NCBI GenBank assembly: GCA_049967655.1
Contig: JBMFSH010000009.1
Location: forward strand, 1-64,000
Reading direction: 5' to 3'
Length of the DNA: 64,000 nt
Source: Acidobacteriota bacterium
Lineage (GTDB): Bacteria; Acidobacteriota; UBA4820; DSQY01
The notes under the pieces were generated by a model. The model saw nothing but the letters and a program-made list of their open reading frames with translations. It searched no databases and was not told where the DNA came from. The position numbers and the translations under genes are program-made. Position 1 is the stretch's first letter. Each line of letters opens with the position of its first letter. This document shows, one piece after another, positions 28,742 to 39,859 of the stretch.

Positions 28742-29565
28742 CCGGTCGAGCCCTCGTACTGCGCAGCCACGACCCCATTCCCGACGCCGTCGGCGACTCG
28801 CTGCGGGCGTTGGGCATGACGGCCCTATGGGAGGTCTGCCCCACCCAATGGAGAGCCTATTTCCCCGACGCGGCGCCGGACCCCGTGAAGGCGCTCCGCG
28901 AACACCACCCTGACATCGAATGCGGATGGGAGGAGGAGCCCGCGGTGGATTGGGCCGGGCGCTACCAGTCCTCCCTGCGGCCGCTGGCCATCGGGCGCCG
29001 ATTCGCCGTCCTCCCCTCCCCAGCCCTGGCCAATCCGTGGCCCCAGCGGATACCCCTGCGCCTGGTTCCGGGAATGGCTTTCGGGACCGGCGAACACTAC
29101 ACGACCGCCTCCTGCCTTCGCCTCCTCGAGGAGATGCTCTCGCTTCCCGCCTCGGTCCTGGACGTGGGGTGTGGAAGCGGCATCCTGGCGGCCGCATCCT
29201 GCAAGCTCGGATGTCCGCGCGTGACCGCCTGCGACGTGGATGCGGACGCCCTCCTCGTGGCAGGGGAGACGGCGGCGGCCAACGGCGTCTCGTACCGCCT
29301 GGTTGAAGGAAGCGCCGATCAGGTTGAGGGGGAGTTTGACCTCGTCTTCGCCAATATCCTGGCCGAGACCCTCGCGGCCATCCTGCCGCACCTCGTTGCC
29401 CGGCTCGCACCCGGAGGCCTGCTGGCTGGAAGCGGGATCGCTTCCGGGAGGCAGCGGCAGGTCCTGGACTCTGCCTCTTCCCTGGGCCTCGCGCTGATCG
29501 AGAGCCGGACCGACGGCGAATGGTGGACGCTCCTTTGGAGAGCCCCCCTCTCCCGCAGGGGCTGA
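28738..29565 (+). CDS. prmA: Ribosomal protein L11 methyltransferase
   Basis: DW...Y, PGMAFGTGEHYTT, VLDVGCGSGILA, FANILA and SGI. Confidence 0.9.
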   Translation: MTGRALVLRSHDPIPDAVGDSLRALGMTALWEVCPTQWRAYFPDAAPDPVKALREHHPDIECGWEEEPAVDWAGRYQSSLRPLAIGRRFAVLPSPALANPWPQRIPLRLVPGMAFGTGEHYTTASCLRLLEEMLSLPASVLDVGCGSGILAAASCKLGCPRVTACDVDADALLVAGETAAANGVSYRLVEGSADQVEGEFDLVFANILAETLAAILPHLVARLAPGGLLAGSGIASGRQRQVLDSASSLGLALIESRTDGEWWTLLWRAPLSRRG

Positions 29566-29669
29566 GGGCGCCGCTCGCTTTGGCATGCGGGGCTGGAGAC
29601 GGCCTCGGCCCGAGGGCCGGAGGGGCCTCCCGAAGGGCACACCCCGATTGGCCTTCGGGATCCAGTCAG

Positions 29670-29811
29670 TATTCATTTCTGCATTATAAATGAATGCTAA
29701 TAATAGCCATGCTTAACCGCTGTGCAGCCTCCGCGATCCTCCTTCTTTTCCAAGGGTTCATGAAAAATCCACAGCGTTACCCACAGTTTTATCCACAGGT
29801 TCGGTGGAAAA
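29670..29811. other. DnaA-box cluster with adjacent AT-rich tract; candidate replication origin
   Basis: Boxes aaatccaca (29765), ttacccaca (29777) and ttatccaca (29789, perfect) sit at 12-bp spacing, with an inverted ggtggaaaa at 29803. AT-rich tract at 29670-29716. Located between convergent prmA and queG. Confidence 0.55.
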
Positions 29812-30090
29812 GCCGGGGGCCATCAAACCTTCTGTAGCACGCCCTTTCAGGCGATGCGGATTGCAGAAACAGAGACGCCCTATCTCCCGCGTTTCATTCG
29901 TTTTTGTAAGGGCCGCGCAGCCAGGATGGCGCGCCAGGCAGGCGCATAAGGACAGAATAAAGTCGGAAGCGGAAACCTGGAGGGTGGAGGGTGCGGGACG
30001 CCCCCTCCACCAAGGGTAAGCCGGGGCGTCTCCCCACTTCCCGTGGAGCCGCCGCCGCGTTCTCATACGTCTCGCTTCCCACTCCGCCTC

Positions 30091-31038
30091 TTACTGCCCG
30101 CCCCCGGCCCACTCCTCCAGAATTCGCCGGGCGTTGCGGACCAGTCCGTCGTACCCGGCCCGCCTCAGCGCCGAGCCCCGCGTCGCAGTGTCCCACTCCG
30201 CCTCGGTCATCGCTGCGATCCGGCCTGGGGCGGGCGCGAAACAGCCCTCTCTGGGCCGGAAGGCCTCCTCCCCGGCGAGGGGGGCCCGCCGGTTGTAGGG
30301 GCAGACCTCCTGGCACCGGTCGCACCCGAAGAGGTGGCCGGACAAGGGCGGCGCCTCCGGCGGAAAAGCTCCCCGGTACTCGATGGTCCAGGTGGAGAGG
30401 CAGCGGGAGGCATCCAGCACGCGCGGTCTGGGGAAGGCCCGCGTGGGGCAGCCCCTCATGCAGAGGGCGCACCCGCCGCAGCCATCGGCCACCCGATCAG
30501 GCGAGTCCTCCAGGGGCAGGTCCGTCAGGATCTCCCCCAAAAAAAGGTAGGAGCCGTAGCGGGGGTGAATCAACAGGCCGTTCTTCCCGATGAAACCCAG
30601 GCCGGCCCTGGCCGCCAGCGCCCGCTCCATGACGGGCATGGCATCCACGCCCGCGTGGGCGAGGCATCCGAGACGTTGCAGCAGCCGGACCGCCGGTCGA
30701 AGCCTCGCCATCACCTCCCGGTGATAATCCCTCCCCCAGGCGTAGCACGAGACCCAGGACCTCCCCCGCCCGGTCCAGGCCGCCGAGAACTCTCGCCGCG
30801 TGTTGTAGGGCAGAGCCGCGCAGAAGACGCCCCGCACCCACGGCAGGAAGGCCTCCGGCGCCCGTCGGAGGTGCGCCGTGGAAGCCATGTAGCCCAGAGG
30901 ACCGTGCAGGCCCGCCGCGACCCAGGCATCGTAGGCGAAGGGCTCCTCCTCCAGCCGGCCCGAGCAGGTTCCCACCAGGGGAAATCCCGCCCGCCTCAGC
31001 GCCCCCACCACCTCCTGAATGATTTCGGCCTTCCTCAT
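30091..31038 (-). CDS. queG: tRNA epoxyqueuosine reductase
   Basis: YAWGRDYH, ERALAARAGLGFIGKN, GSYLFLGE, CGGCALCMRGCPT and FGCDRCQEVCPYN. Confidence 0.93.
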   Translation of the reverse strand: MRKAEIIQEVVGALRRAGFPLVGTCSGRLEEEPFAYDAWVAAGLHGPLGYMASTAHLRRAPEAFLPWVRGVFCAALPYNTRREFSAAWTGRGRSWVSCYAWGRDYHREVMARLRPAVRLLQRLGCLAHAGVDAMPVMERALAARAGLGFIGKNGLLIHPRYGSYLFLGEILTDLPLEDSPDRVADGCGGCALCMRGCPTRAFPRPRVLDASRCLSTWTIEYRGAFPPEAPPLSGHLFGCDRCQEVCPYNRRAPLAGEEAFRPREGCFAPAPGRIAAMTEAEWDTATRGSALRRAGYDGLVRNARRILEEWAGGGQ

Positions 31039-31195
31039 GACCCAATGATACCCCCGCCCCTTCTCCAGGGGCACGTGCGCGGAACGAACCGCGCCCCAGC
31101 GATTCGGCCGCCCCTCTGGCAACCGCCGCTTCTCACGCTTCGCTTCCCGCGCCGCGTCTCACGTCTCGCGTCTAGCGTCTCGCTCCGTTGGCACC

Positions 31196-31224
31196 TTGAC
31201 TTGCGGAGGCCTCCGCTCTATCGT
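31196..31224 (+). promoter_or_regulatory. Sigma70 promoter for the TPP riboswitch-thiC transcript
   Basis: TTGACT-N17-TATCGT. The predicted start site (~31231) coincides with the riboswitch 5' end. Confidence 0.65.
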
Positions 31225-31231
31225 GCAGACT

Positions 31232-33180
<1,949 letters not shown>

Positions 33181-33439
33181 CGGGGCCGCTGGTTTAGAAC
33201 CCCGGCGGGCCTCGGCCGCGCGATTAGCGCGGGGCTTGAGTTCCGGTGCGGGCGCCCCCGAAGCGTGGCCTCCACCCGGTCTATCCTTCCTTTTCGTTGA
33301 ACGGAGAGGGTCCAAGCGCACCGCGGTCCCGCATTGATGGTCAACGGCAGGGATGGTATTCTGATGCGCGGGGACGAGGCATCTGGTGTTCCCGGACTTG
33401 GCGATGGTCACCCCGTACCCCGTCAAGGGAGGTGATCCC

Positions 33440-34273
33440 ATGACCGCCGGATCCACGCCCATCCGGGTCCCGACCGTGGCCGGAGCCTTCTACCCCGCCC
33501 ACCCCCTTCAACTCAAGACCACCGTGGAGCGCTTCCTCGTGAGGACGACCGATCCCGTAGCGGCCACGGCCCTCATCGTGCCCCACGCCGGCTACATCTA
33601 CAGCGGCGCGACGGCGGGCAAGACTTACGCCGCCGTGGACCTGCCCCGGCGCCTCTTCGTGCTGTGCCCGAACCATACGGGGATGGGCAGTCCCCTCTCC
33701 TGCTGGTCCCGGGGCGCCTGGGCGACGCCCCTCGGCGAGGCCCCCGTGGACGAGGAGCTGGCGGCGCTCCTGATGGCCTCCGACCCCCTCGTCCAGCACG
33801 ACGAACTGGCGCACCGCCGCGAGCACGCCGTCGAGGTCCAACTCCCCTTCCTCCAGGTCTACCTGGGAAGCTTTTCCTTTGTGCCCGTCGTGGTGGGCAC
33901 CCAGGACTTCGAGCAGCTCGAGGCGCTCGGCCGCGCCCTGGCCAAGGCCGCCGAGGCCGTGAACCCCACCGCCGCCATCGTCGTCTCCAGTGACATGAAC
34001 CACTACGAAAGCGCCTCGGTCAACAGGCGGAAGGACCAGCAGGCCCTGGATGCCATACTTAGCCTGGATCCGGTCGCGCTGTATCGGGTTGTGCACCAGC
34101 ACCACATCACCATGTGCGGCTATGCCCCGGCGGTCAGCGCCCTGGTGGCGGTCCACCTACTCGGAGCGGACCGCGCCGAAGTCGTGGAGTACACCCACTC
34201 GGGCCAGATCACGGGCGACGACGCCGAGGTGGTCTCCTACGCGGGAGTCCGAATGTATAAGGAGCCGGCGTGA
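33440..34273 (+). CDS. amrB: AmmeMemoRadiSam system protein B (MEMO1 family)
   Basis: VAGAFYP, VPHAGYIYSG, PNHTG, WATPLG, EHAVEVQLPFLQ, SSDMNHY, MCG and VVSYA. Confidence 0.9.
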   Translation: MTAGSTPIRVPTVAGAFYPAHPLQLKTTVERFLVRTTDPVAATALIVPHAGYIYSGATAGKTYAAVDLPRRLFVLCPNHTGMGSPLSCWSRGAWATPLGEAPVDEELAALLMASDPLVQHDELAHRREHAVEVQLPFLQVYLGSFSFVPVVVGTQDFEQLEALGRALAKAAEAVNPTAAIVVSSDMNHYESASVNRRKDQQALDAILSLDPVALYRVVHQHHITMCGYAPAVSALVAVHLLGADRAEVVEYTHSGQITGDDAEVVSYAGVRMYKEPA

Positions 34274-36462
34274 GGGGTCGGCTTTGGCTCTGCCTCCTGG
34301 CCATGGCCGCCCTGCCGGCGGCGGCCCAGATCAACCCGATTCCTTGGCACCCCAAGCCGGTTCCCCCTCCGGCTTCTGCCAAGGCCAAATCGGGCCATCC
34401 CGCCACTCCGGCCGCGCCGCCCAAGTTTCACATGACTTTTGACAAAATCACGACGGTGGCACCAGGCGTTTACCTCGCCGAAGGGAATGTCAAATTCACC
34501 TACCAGGACATGCTGCTCACGGCCGATTCGGTCACGTACGATACGAACAAGGGGACGCTATGGGCCACCGGCAAGGTGGCCGTGGACTTCCAGGACTTCA
34601 CCGTCTCGGGAAGCGAGCTGACCTACGACCTGAACACGGGCAAGGGCTCCCTGATGGACGCCTACGGGGTCCAGAAGGATGGAGAATTCACGGTATACGG
34701 GAAGGAGATCCGCAAGATCGGCGAGGGCTGGTTCGAGGTCATTCACGGAACCTTCACCTCTTGTGCGGCGGCCGTCCCTCCCTGGAGCATCAAGGTCAGC
34801 CACGCCAAGTTCCACGTGGACCACTACGCCTTCCTGACCAACCCCCGTTTCCACGTGCGCCAGGCGCCCACCCTCTATCTTCCCTATCTCGTCTGGCCCA
34901 CCAAACCCGCGCGATCCACGGGCCTTCTGATCCCCGAGGTCGGAAACTCCAGCAACCAGGGGTTCACGGTGAACAACGCCTTCTTCATCGCCCCCGCGGA
35001 CTGGTGGGACGACACGGTGTACGTGGATCACTACAGCAGGGAGGGCTGGGGGCTTGGTGAGGAGTTCCGGTACGTGCCCTCCACCGACACCTACGGCTGG
35101 TTCCACGGCTATTACATCCGGCAGAACAGCGACGGCCAAAAGCGGTGGGACTTCTCCTGGGCCCACATGCAGAACTTTCGGCACGGCTGGTATTTCATGG
35201 CGAACATCAACCTCCTCTCGGACATCAACTTCTTCCGGGACTACCAGCGGGACTACACGCTGAGCACCCTCTCGGGCCTCGATTCCAGCCTCTACCTGGT
35301 TCGCAACTGGGGCCCCTACTCCCTGACCTTCAAGGCCGAGCGCCAGAATCAGTATTTCACCGAGGGGCAGGACCTCGTTCAACGGACCCAGCCTGGGGTG
35401 GAGTGGCGATCCAGCCTCCATCCCCTGGTGGGCGACCTGTACTGGGGGTTCGAGACCTCCGCGGACCTGTTCCACAAGGAGTGGGCCCAGTACACTCCCA
35501 CCACCCAGAAATTCTCCGTGGGCTACAACCGCCTGGACGTGCACCCCTATTTCGAACTTCCGCTCCACCCGACCCTCTGGCTGGACATCACCCCCCGGTT
35601 GGAGCTGAGGGTCACCCATTACTCCGAGAGCCAGGATCCCTCCACGCAGCAGTACGACGCCGGCCAGCTCTGGCGGAGCTACGCCCGGTTCTCGGTCGAC
35701 GTGGTGGGTCCCCGCTTCTACCGCCGGTATAAGAACTCCATGAAGCACGTCATCGAGCCCTACGTGACCTATAGCTACGTCTCCCCCGACGCCCACGCGC
35801 TGAGGGCCCCCATCTTCGACGAGGTGGACCAAGTGGGGCTCAACGTCAGCCAGGTGGAGTACGGCGTGCGGAACCGGGTCTACGGGCCCAAGGGTGACCT
35901 GCGCCTGGACAGCTCGCTCTACCAGGACTACAGCTTCAAGAGCGACCTGCTGACTGCGGGGCCCCGGCACAGCCGCCAGGGCCCGGTGACACTCCTCGTG
36001 CGCCTGTGGCCAACGGCCTCCTGGAGCTACGACCTCAGGCTGCGCTACAACAGCCTCACGCGGGCCCTGGACGGCCAATCGCTCTCCGTCACCTACCGTC
36101 CCAGAAAGAAGGAGAGCGACGACTTCATCCGCCTGACCTACCTGAAGTCCGGCACCCTCGGCGTCAGTCAGATCACCGATCTCACTCAGAACCCCCTCTC
36201 GAAGGAAATCCGGCTGGCCTCCGCCACGACCCTCGCGGACGGGAAAGTAAGCCTCAATCCCTCCCTGGAACGGGACCTCAAAAAGAAGGTCTGGCGCGAT
36301 AGGAGCCTCACCTTCTGGTACCACGGGAGCTGCTTCTCCCTGGGCTTCGAGGCGGGCAAGCGGACCATCGGGACCTTCACCGATTCCGAATACCGCTTCC
36401 TGGTGAGCCTCAAGGGGGTGGGCACCGTGGTGGACCTCTGGGGAGGAACGGGGACGTATTGA
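34270..36462 (+). CDS. lptD: LPS-assembly protein LptD
   Basis: Signal peptide, OstA-like N-domain, FTSC...PPW, RSTGLLIP, HVIEPYVTY and an aromatic-rich beta-barrel with a late Cys (SCFSL). Confidence 0.85.
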   Translation: MRGRLWLCLLAMAALPAAAQINPIPWHPKPVPPPASAKAKSGHPATPAAPPKFHMTFDKITTVAPGVYLAEGNVKFTYQDMLLTADSVTYDTNKGTLWATGKVAVDFQDFTVSGSELTYDLNTGKGSLMDAYGVQKDGEFTVYGKEIRKIGEGWFEVIHGTFTSCAAAVPPWSIKVSHAKFHVDHYAFLTNPRFHVRQAPTLYLPYLVWPTKPARSTGLLIPEVGNSSNQGFTVNNAFFIAPADWWDDTVYVDHYSREGWGLGEEFRYVPSTDTYGWFHGYYIRQNSDGQKRWDFSWAHMQNFRHGWYFMANINLLSDINFFRDYQRDYTLSTLSGLDSSLYLVRNWGPYSLTFKAERQNQYFTEGQDLVQRTQPGVEWRSSLHPLVGDLYWGFETSADLFHKEWAQYTPTTQKFSVGYNRLDVHPYFELPLHPTLWLDITPRLELRVTHYSESQDPSTQQYDAGQLWRSYARFSVDVVGPRFYRRYKNSMKHVIEPYVTYSYVSPDAHALRAPIFDEVDQVGLNVSQVEYGVRNRVYGPKGDLRLDSSLYQDYSFKSDLLTAGPRHSRQGPVTLLVRLWPTASWSYDLRLRYNSLTRALDGQSLSVTYRPRKKESDDFIRLTYLKSGTLGVSQITDLTQNPLSKEIRLASATTLADGKVSLNPSLERDLKKKVWRDRSLTFWYHGSCFSLGFEAGKRTIGTFTDSEYRFLVSLKGVGTVVDLWGGTGTY

Positions 36463-36562
36463 AAAGAGGGAAGGCGAAGCTGGGATCGGGGAAGGGGGAC
36501 TCTTGCGTTTCACCTCCCGCGTTTCACGTCTCACGTCTCGCTTTCCCCTCCAGGCGACTGAC

Positions 36563-38113
36563 ATGAACGCGGACACCTCCCGGGAAATCATCCGCAAGTT
36601 TCTGCACATGGCCATGGGCCTTTTCGCCTTCGCCCTGCACTGGCTCTCTCCCTGGCAGGCGGCGCTCTGCGCCCTGGCAGCCCTGGGCCACAACCTCTGG
36701 CTTTTCCCCCACTACGGAGGAAGGAGTCTGGAGCGTCCGCAGGAGAAAGCCCGCGGCTACTCGGGCATGATCGGATACCCGGCCATCGTCCTCGCGCTCT
36801 GCCTTCTCCTCCCCGCCTCAGCCGCGGGCCTGGATCCGGTGCGCCAGGCCTCCGGCGCGGAACCCGCTAACGTGCTCTGGGCCGCCGCCGGGGCGTGGGG
36901 CCTACTGGCCTTCGGAGACGCCTTCGCCGCGCTTTTCGGCCTCGGCCTGAGGGGCCCCGCGCTCCCTTGGAACCCGCGAAAACGGTGGACGGGGTTGCTC
37001 GGGTTCATCCTCGTCGGAGCGCCCGCAGCCTTCGCCCTGGCCTACTTCAGCGCTTACGGCGATCTCAGGGTCTCGGGACCGGCCCTGGTCGGGCTGGGCG
37101 GCGCATGCCTTTTGGCCGCGCTGGTGGGCGGCCTGGTGGAGTCTCTCCCAGACCAGATCGACGATAACCTCACGGTCCCCCTGGCGGCGGGCCTTGTCCT
37201 CCTCCTGTTCGCGCGTTTTCCGTGGGGAGAGCTGCTTCACGGACGGACCGTGCCCGGCGCGGTCGGCGCGCCGTCGGTCTGGGGGCCGCCCCTCCTGCTG
37301 CTCCTGCTCGTGAACGCGGCGCTGGCCACCGTGGCCTGGTACCGCCGATGGGTAACGGCCGCGTCCGCCTGGATGGGCGCTTTCTGGGGCGCCCTCGTGG
37401 CCGTGGGGCTGGGCTGGGAGGGCTACGGATTCCTCCTCCTCTTTTATCTCCTGGCTAACGGCAGCACCTACGTGGGTCTCGGCCGCAAGCGGGCTCTGGG
37501 CATCGCCGAGAGCGACGGCGGCCGCAGAGGTGTGCCGTCGGTCTTTTCCAAGGGGCTCTTTCCGGCCCTGTTCGCGCTGGTGTCCCCCGCGGCTTTCGTG
37601 GCCAGCCTGGCTGCCTATGCCGCCGACACGGTGGCCTCGGAGGTCGGGAAGCTGAGCCGGGGCAGGACCCTTCTTCTCTGGTCCCGCCGTAGCTCCAAGG
37701 CCGGAGAACCGGGCGGTGTGAGCCTGGCCGGCACCGCCTCCGGCCTCGCCGCCGCGGGCCTCTTCTGCGGCGCCTTTCTGGCGGTGCTGATGCTGCAGCA
37801 CCGGCTCTACGGGACGGCCCTCCCCCGATTTCAGACCGCCTTTCTGAGGGCCGACCTGATCCGCTTCGGCTTTCCCACGGGATGGGCGCAGTTCACCCGC
37901 TGGATGCCCCTCGCCGCCCTCCTGCTCTTCGTTTCGGTGGCCATCGTCTTCTTCCTCGAATCGGTGCTGAACGAGACCGTCGCAGCCCGCGGCTGGTTTC
38001 CCAAGCCCATCATCCATCTGCTCACGGGCGCGCTGGCCGGCCTCCTGCCCTTTCTACTCGCCACCGTCCTGAGCCGTCCTTCAGACATCCTGGCGCTATG
38101 GGCGGCCCGATGA
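36563..38113 (+). CDS. Phytol/dolichol-kinase-like + DUF92 (TMEM19/VTE6-like) fusion membrane protein
   Basis: N-half has RKFLH, FGDAFAALFG, KRWTG and ESLPDQIDDNLTVP. C-half has RRGVPSVFSKG, ADTVASEVG and PGGVSLAGT. Confidence 0.8.
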   Translation: MNADTSREIIRKFLHMAMGLFAFALHWLSPWQAALCALAALGHNLWLFPHYGGRSLERPQEKARGYSGMIGYPAIVLALCLLLPASAAGLDPVRQASGAEPANVLWAAAGAWGLLAFGDAFAALFGLGLRGPALPWNPRKRWTGLLGFILVGAPAAFALAYFSAYGDLRVSGPALVGLGGACLLAALVGGLVESLPDQIDDNLTVPLAAGLVLLLFARFPWGELLHGRTVPGAVGAPSVWGPPLLLLLLVNAALATVAWYRRWVTAASAWMGAFWGALVAVGLGWEGYGFLLLFYLLANGSTYVGLGRKRALGIAESDGGRRGVPSVFSKGLFPALFALVSPAAFVASLAAYAADTVASEVGKLSRGRTLLLWSRRSSKAGEPGGVSLAGTASGLAAAGLFCGAFLAVLMLQHRLYGTALPRFQTAFLRADLIRFGFPTGWAQFTRWMPLAALLLFVSVAIVFFLESVLNETVAARGWFPKPIIHLLTGALAGLLPFLLATVLSRPSDILALWAAR

Positions 38114-39084
38114 GGTGGAAGCCCTGGATCGCCCTGATCCGGCCCTTCACCCTCGTGCCGCCGCTGCTCGGCATCCTGTCCGGCTCGGCCTGCGCCTACG
38201 GCTCGGCCCACAATCCGTACGCGTCGTTCACGTGGGAGCTTTTCGCGACCCTGCTCCTGGGCTCCTTCTGCGCCTCCCTCATGAACGCGGCCTCCAACAT
38301 CATCAACCAGGTCTACGACCTCGACATCGATAGGATCAACAAGCCCTCGCGGCCCCTCTGCACCGGCGAGGTAACGCCGAGGAGCGCGCTGGTCGCGTCG
38401 TGGTGCATGTACGTGCTCTCGCTCGCGCCCATCTGGTGGGTCGTGCCCCCTCCCTACGACCAGGGGCTGCTGGCCAGGATGCGGGCACCGTGGCAGGCCC
38501 ACGCCTGCTTCTGGATCTACCTGGGGGGGCTTCTGTGCACCTTCATCTACTCCTCGCCGCGCCTGGGCCGCACCAAGCGGTTCGGCGTCTGGGCCAACGT
38601 CACCATCGCCGCGGCGCGCGGGGAGCTGCTCAAGGTCGCGGGGTGGGCCATGGTGGCCACCGTGAGCCTCTGGGAGCCGTGGTATCTCGGCCTAGTCTTC
38701 TTCCTGTTTCTTCTGGGAGCCACGTCCACGAAGGACTTCAGCGACATGGAGGGAGACCGCCTGGGCGGCTGCCGGACCCTGCCGATCACCTATGGGCCCC
38801 GCAAGGCCGCCTGGATGATCGCCCCGTCCTTCGTGCTGCCCTGGCTGCTATTTCCCCTGGGCCTCCTTCTGCCGGCCCCCTCGGGCGGGCGCCTCCTGAC
38901 CGGGAACCCCCTCCTGCTCACCCTTCTGGGTGCGGCGCTCGTGCTCTGGGGAAGCCGCACCGTTTGGCCTCTTCTGCGCAATCCCGAAGAGCTGGCCTAC
39001 ACCGAGAACCACCCCTCCTGGACGGAGATGTACGGCATGATGATGGCCGCGCAGGTGGGGCTCGCCGCGGCCTACCTCCTGTAA
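38110..39084 (+). CDS. UbiA-family prenyltransferase
   Basis: LIRPFT, NQVYDLDIDRINKPSRPL, YS.P..K and KDFSDMEGDRLGGCRTLP. ATGA overlap with the upstream gene. Confidence 0.9.
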   Translation: MRWKPWIALIRPFTLVPPLLGILSGSACAYGSAHNPYASFTWELFATLLLGSFCASLMNAASNIINQVYDLDIDRINKPSRPLCTGEVTPRSALVASWCMYVLSLAPIWWVVPPPYDQGLLARMRAPWQAHACFWIYLGGLLCTFIYSSPRLGRTKRFGVWANVTIAAARGELLKVAGWAMVATVSLWEPWYLGLVFFLFLLGATSTKDFSDMEGDRLGGCRTLPITYGPRKAAWMIAPSFVLPWLLFPLGLLLPAPSGGRLLTGNPLLLTLLGAALVLWGSRTVWPLLRNPEELAYTENHPSWTEMYGMMMAAQVGLAAAYLL

Positions 39085-39352
39085 CGACGATGGATGACCT
39101 TTGATAGATGATGGGTGGGGAACGACAGCGGAGAGCGCATTGGTCAGTGGAGGGTGGAGGGTGGAGGGGCGGGGAAGGACCGTTCCCAAATTTCCCCATC
39201 CCCGCTGTGCCTCGGTGCCCTGCTGGTCTTCTTCTCGATCTGCCATTCGCCATCCGGCATCAGCCTGGAAACGGCGCTCCCGTCGGCCCTCCGGCGGGCT
39301 GGCATAGTCCCGGCGGTTTCGGGTTATACTCTTTTGGCGAAGGAGAAACCGC

Positions 39353-39805
39353 ATGCCCGAATCGAACGGCAAACCATCGAGAGGCGGCCTCTTCTGGCTC
39401 GGAGTCGCGGCGGCCGTGGTGCTGCCCGCCGCCCTGAGCCTGATCTTCTGGGGCACCACGCCGGCGGTGGGAGGTTGGTCCCAGGTCGGGGTCTCCCCGT
39501 CCGAGTCATCCGCGGGACTGGACTATTCGCAGAACGGGCGCCTGCCCGTGGGCGCCGCCGCCACCAACGGCCGGTCCCTCTACCTCCAGAACTGCTCCTC
39601 GTGCCACGGGCCGACCCTCGCCGGCACCGGCACCATCCCCGCCCTGAAGCGGCCCAACTGGCCGTATTCCCAGGACCGCGATCTCCTGGTCAAGATCATC
39701 CACCAGGGGCGCGGCCTCACCATGCCCAGCTTCGACGGCAAGCTCTCCAACCAGCAGATCAGCGCCATCGCCGACTACATCCAGAGCGAAAACGGCGCCA
39801 AGTAG
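39353..39805 (+). CDS. Membrane-anchored mono-heme c-type cytochrome
   Basis: N-terminal TM helix, CSSCH heme motif and distal Met (TMPSF). AAGGAG RBS. Confidence 0.88.
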   Translation: MPESNGKPSRGGLFWLGVAAAVVLPAALSLIFWGTTPAVGGWSQVGVSPSESSAGLDYSQNGRLPVGAAATNGRSLYLQNCSSCHGPTLAGTGTIPALKRPNWPYSQDRDLLVKIIHQGRGLTMPSFDGKLSNQQISAIADYIQSENGAK

Positions 39806-39859
39806 CTCCCGCGTCGGGAGGCTAACCCCGGTGGGGTTCGCGACCCGCGCAGCGGGCCC

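Noticed and set aside
31188..31204. Sigma54 promoter TTGGCAC...TTGC before thiC
   Set aside because: The GG-to-GC spacing is one base too long, and a well-spaced sigma70 promoter overlaps it.
33181..33420. tRNA or other RNA gene after thiC
   Set aside because: No T-loop GTTCRA with a matching cloverleaf and acceptor stem could be built.
34558..36693. Long antisense or alternate-frame ORFs (also 31489-33462, 4058-5938, 39899-41482, 47442-48935, 60090-61889)
   Set aside because: They are shadows of well-supported genes, expected at high GC3, and contain no recognisable motifs.
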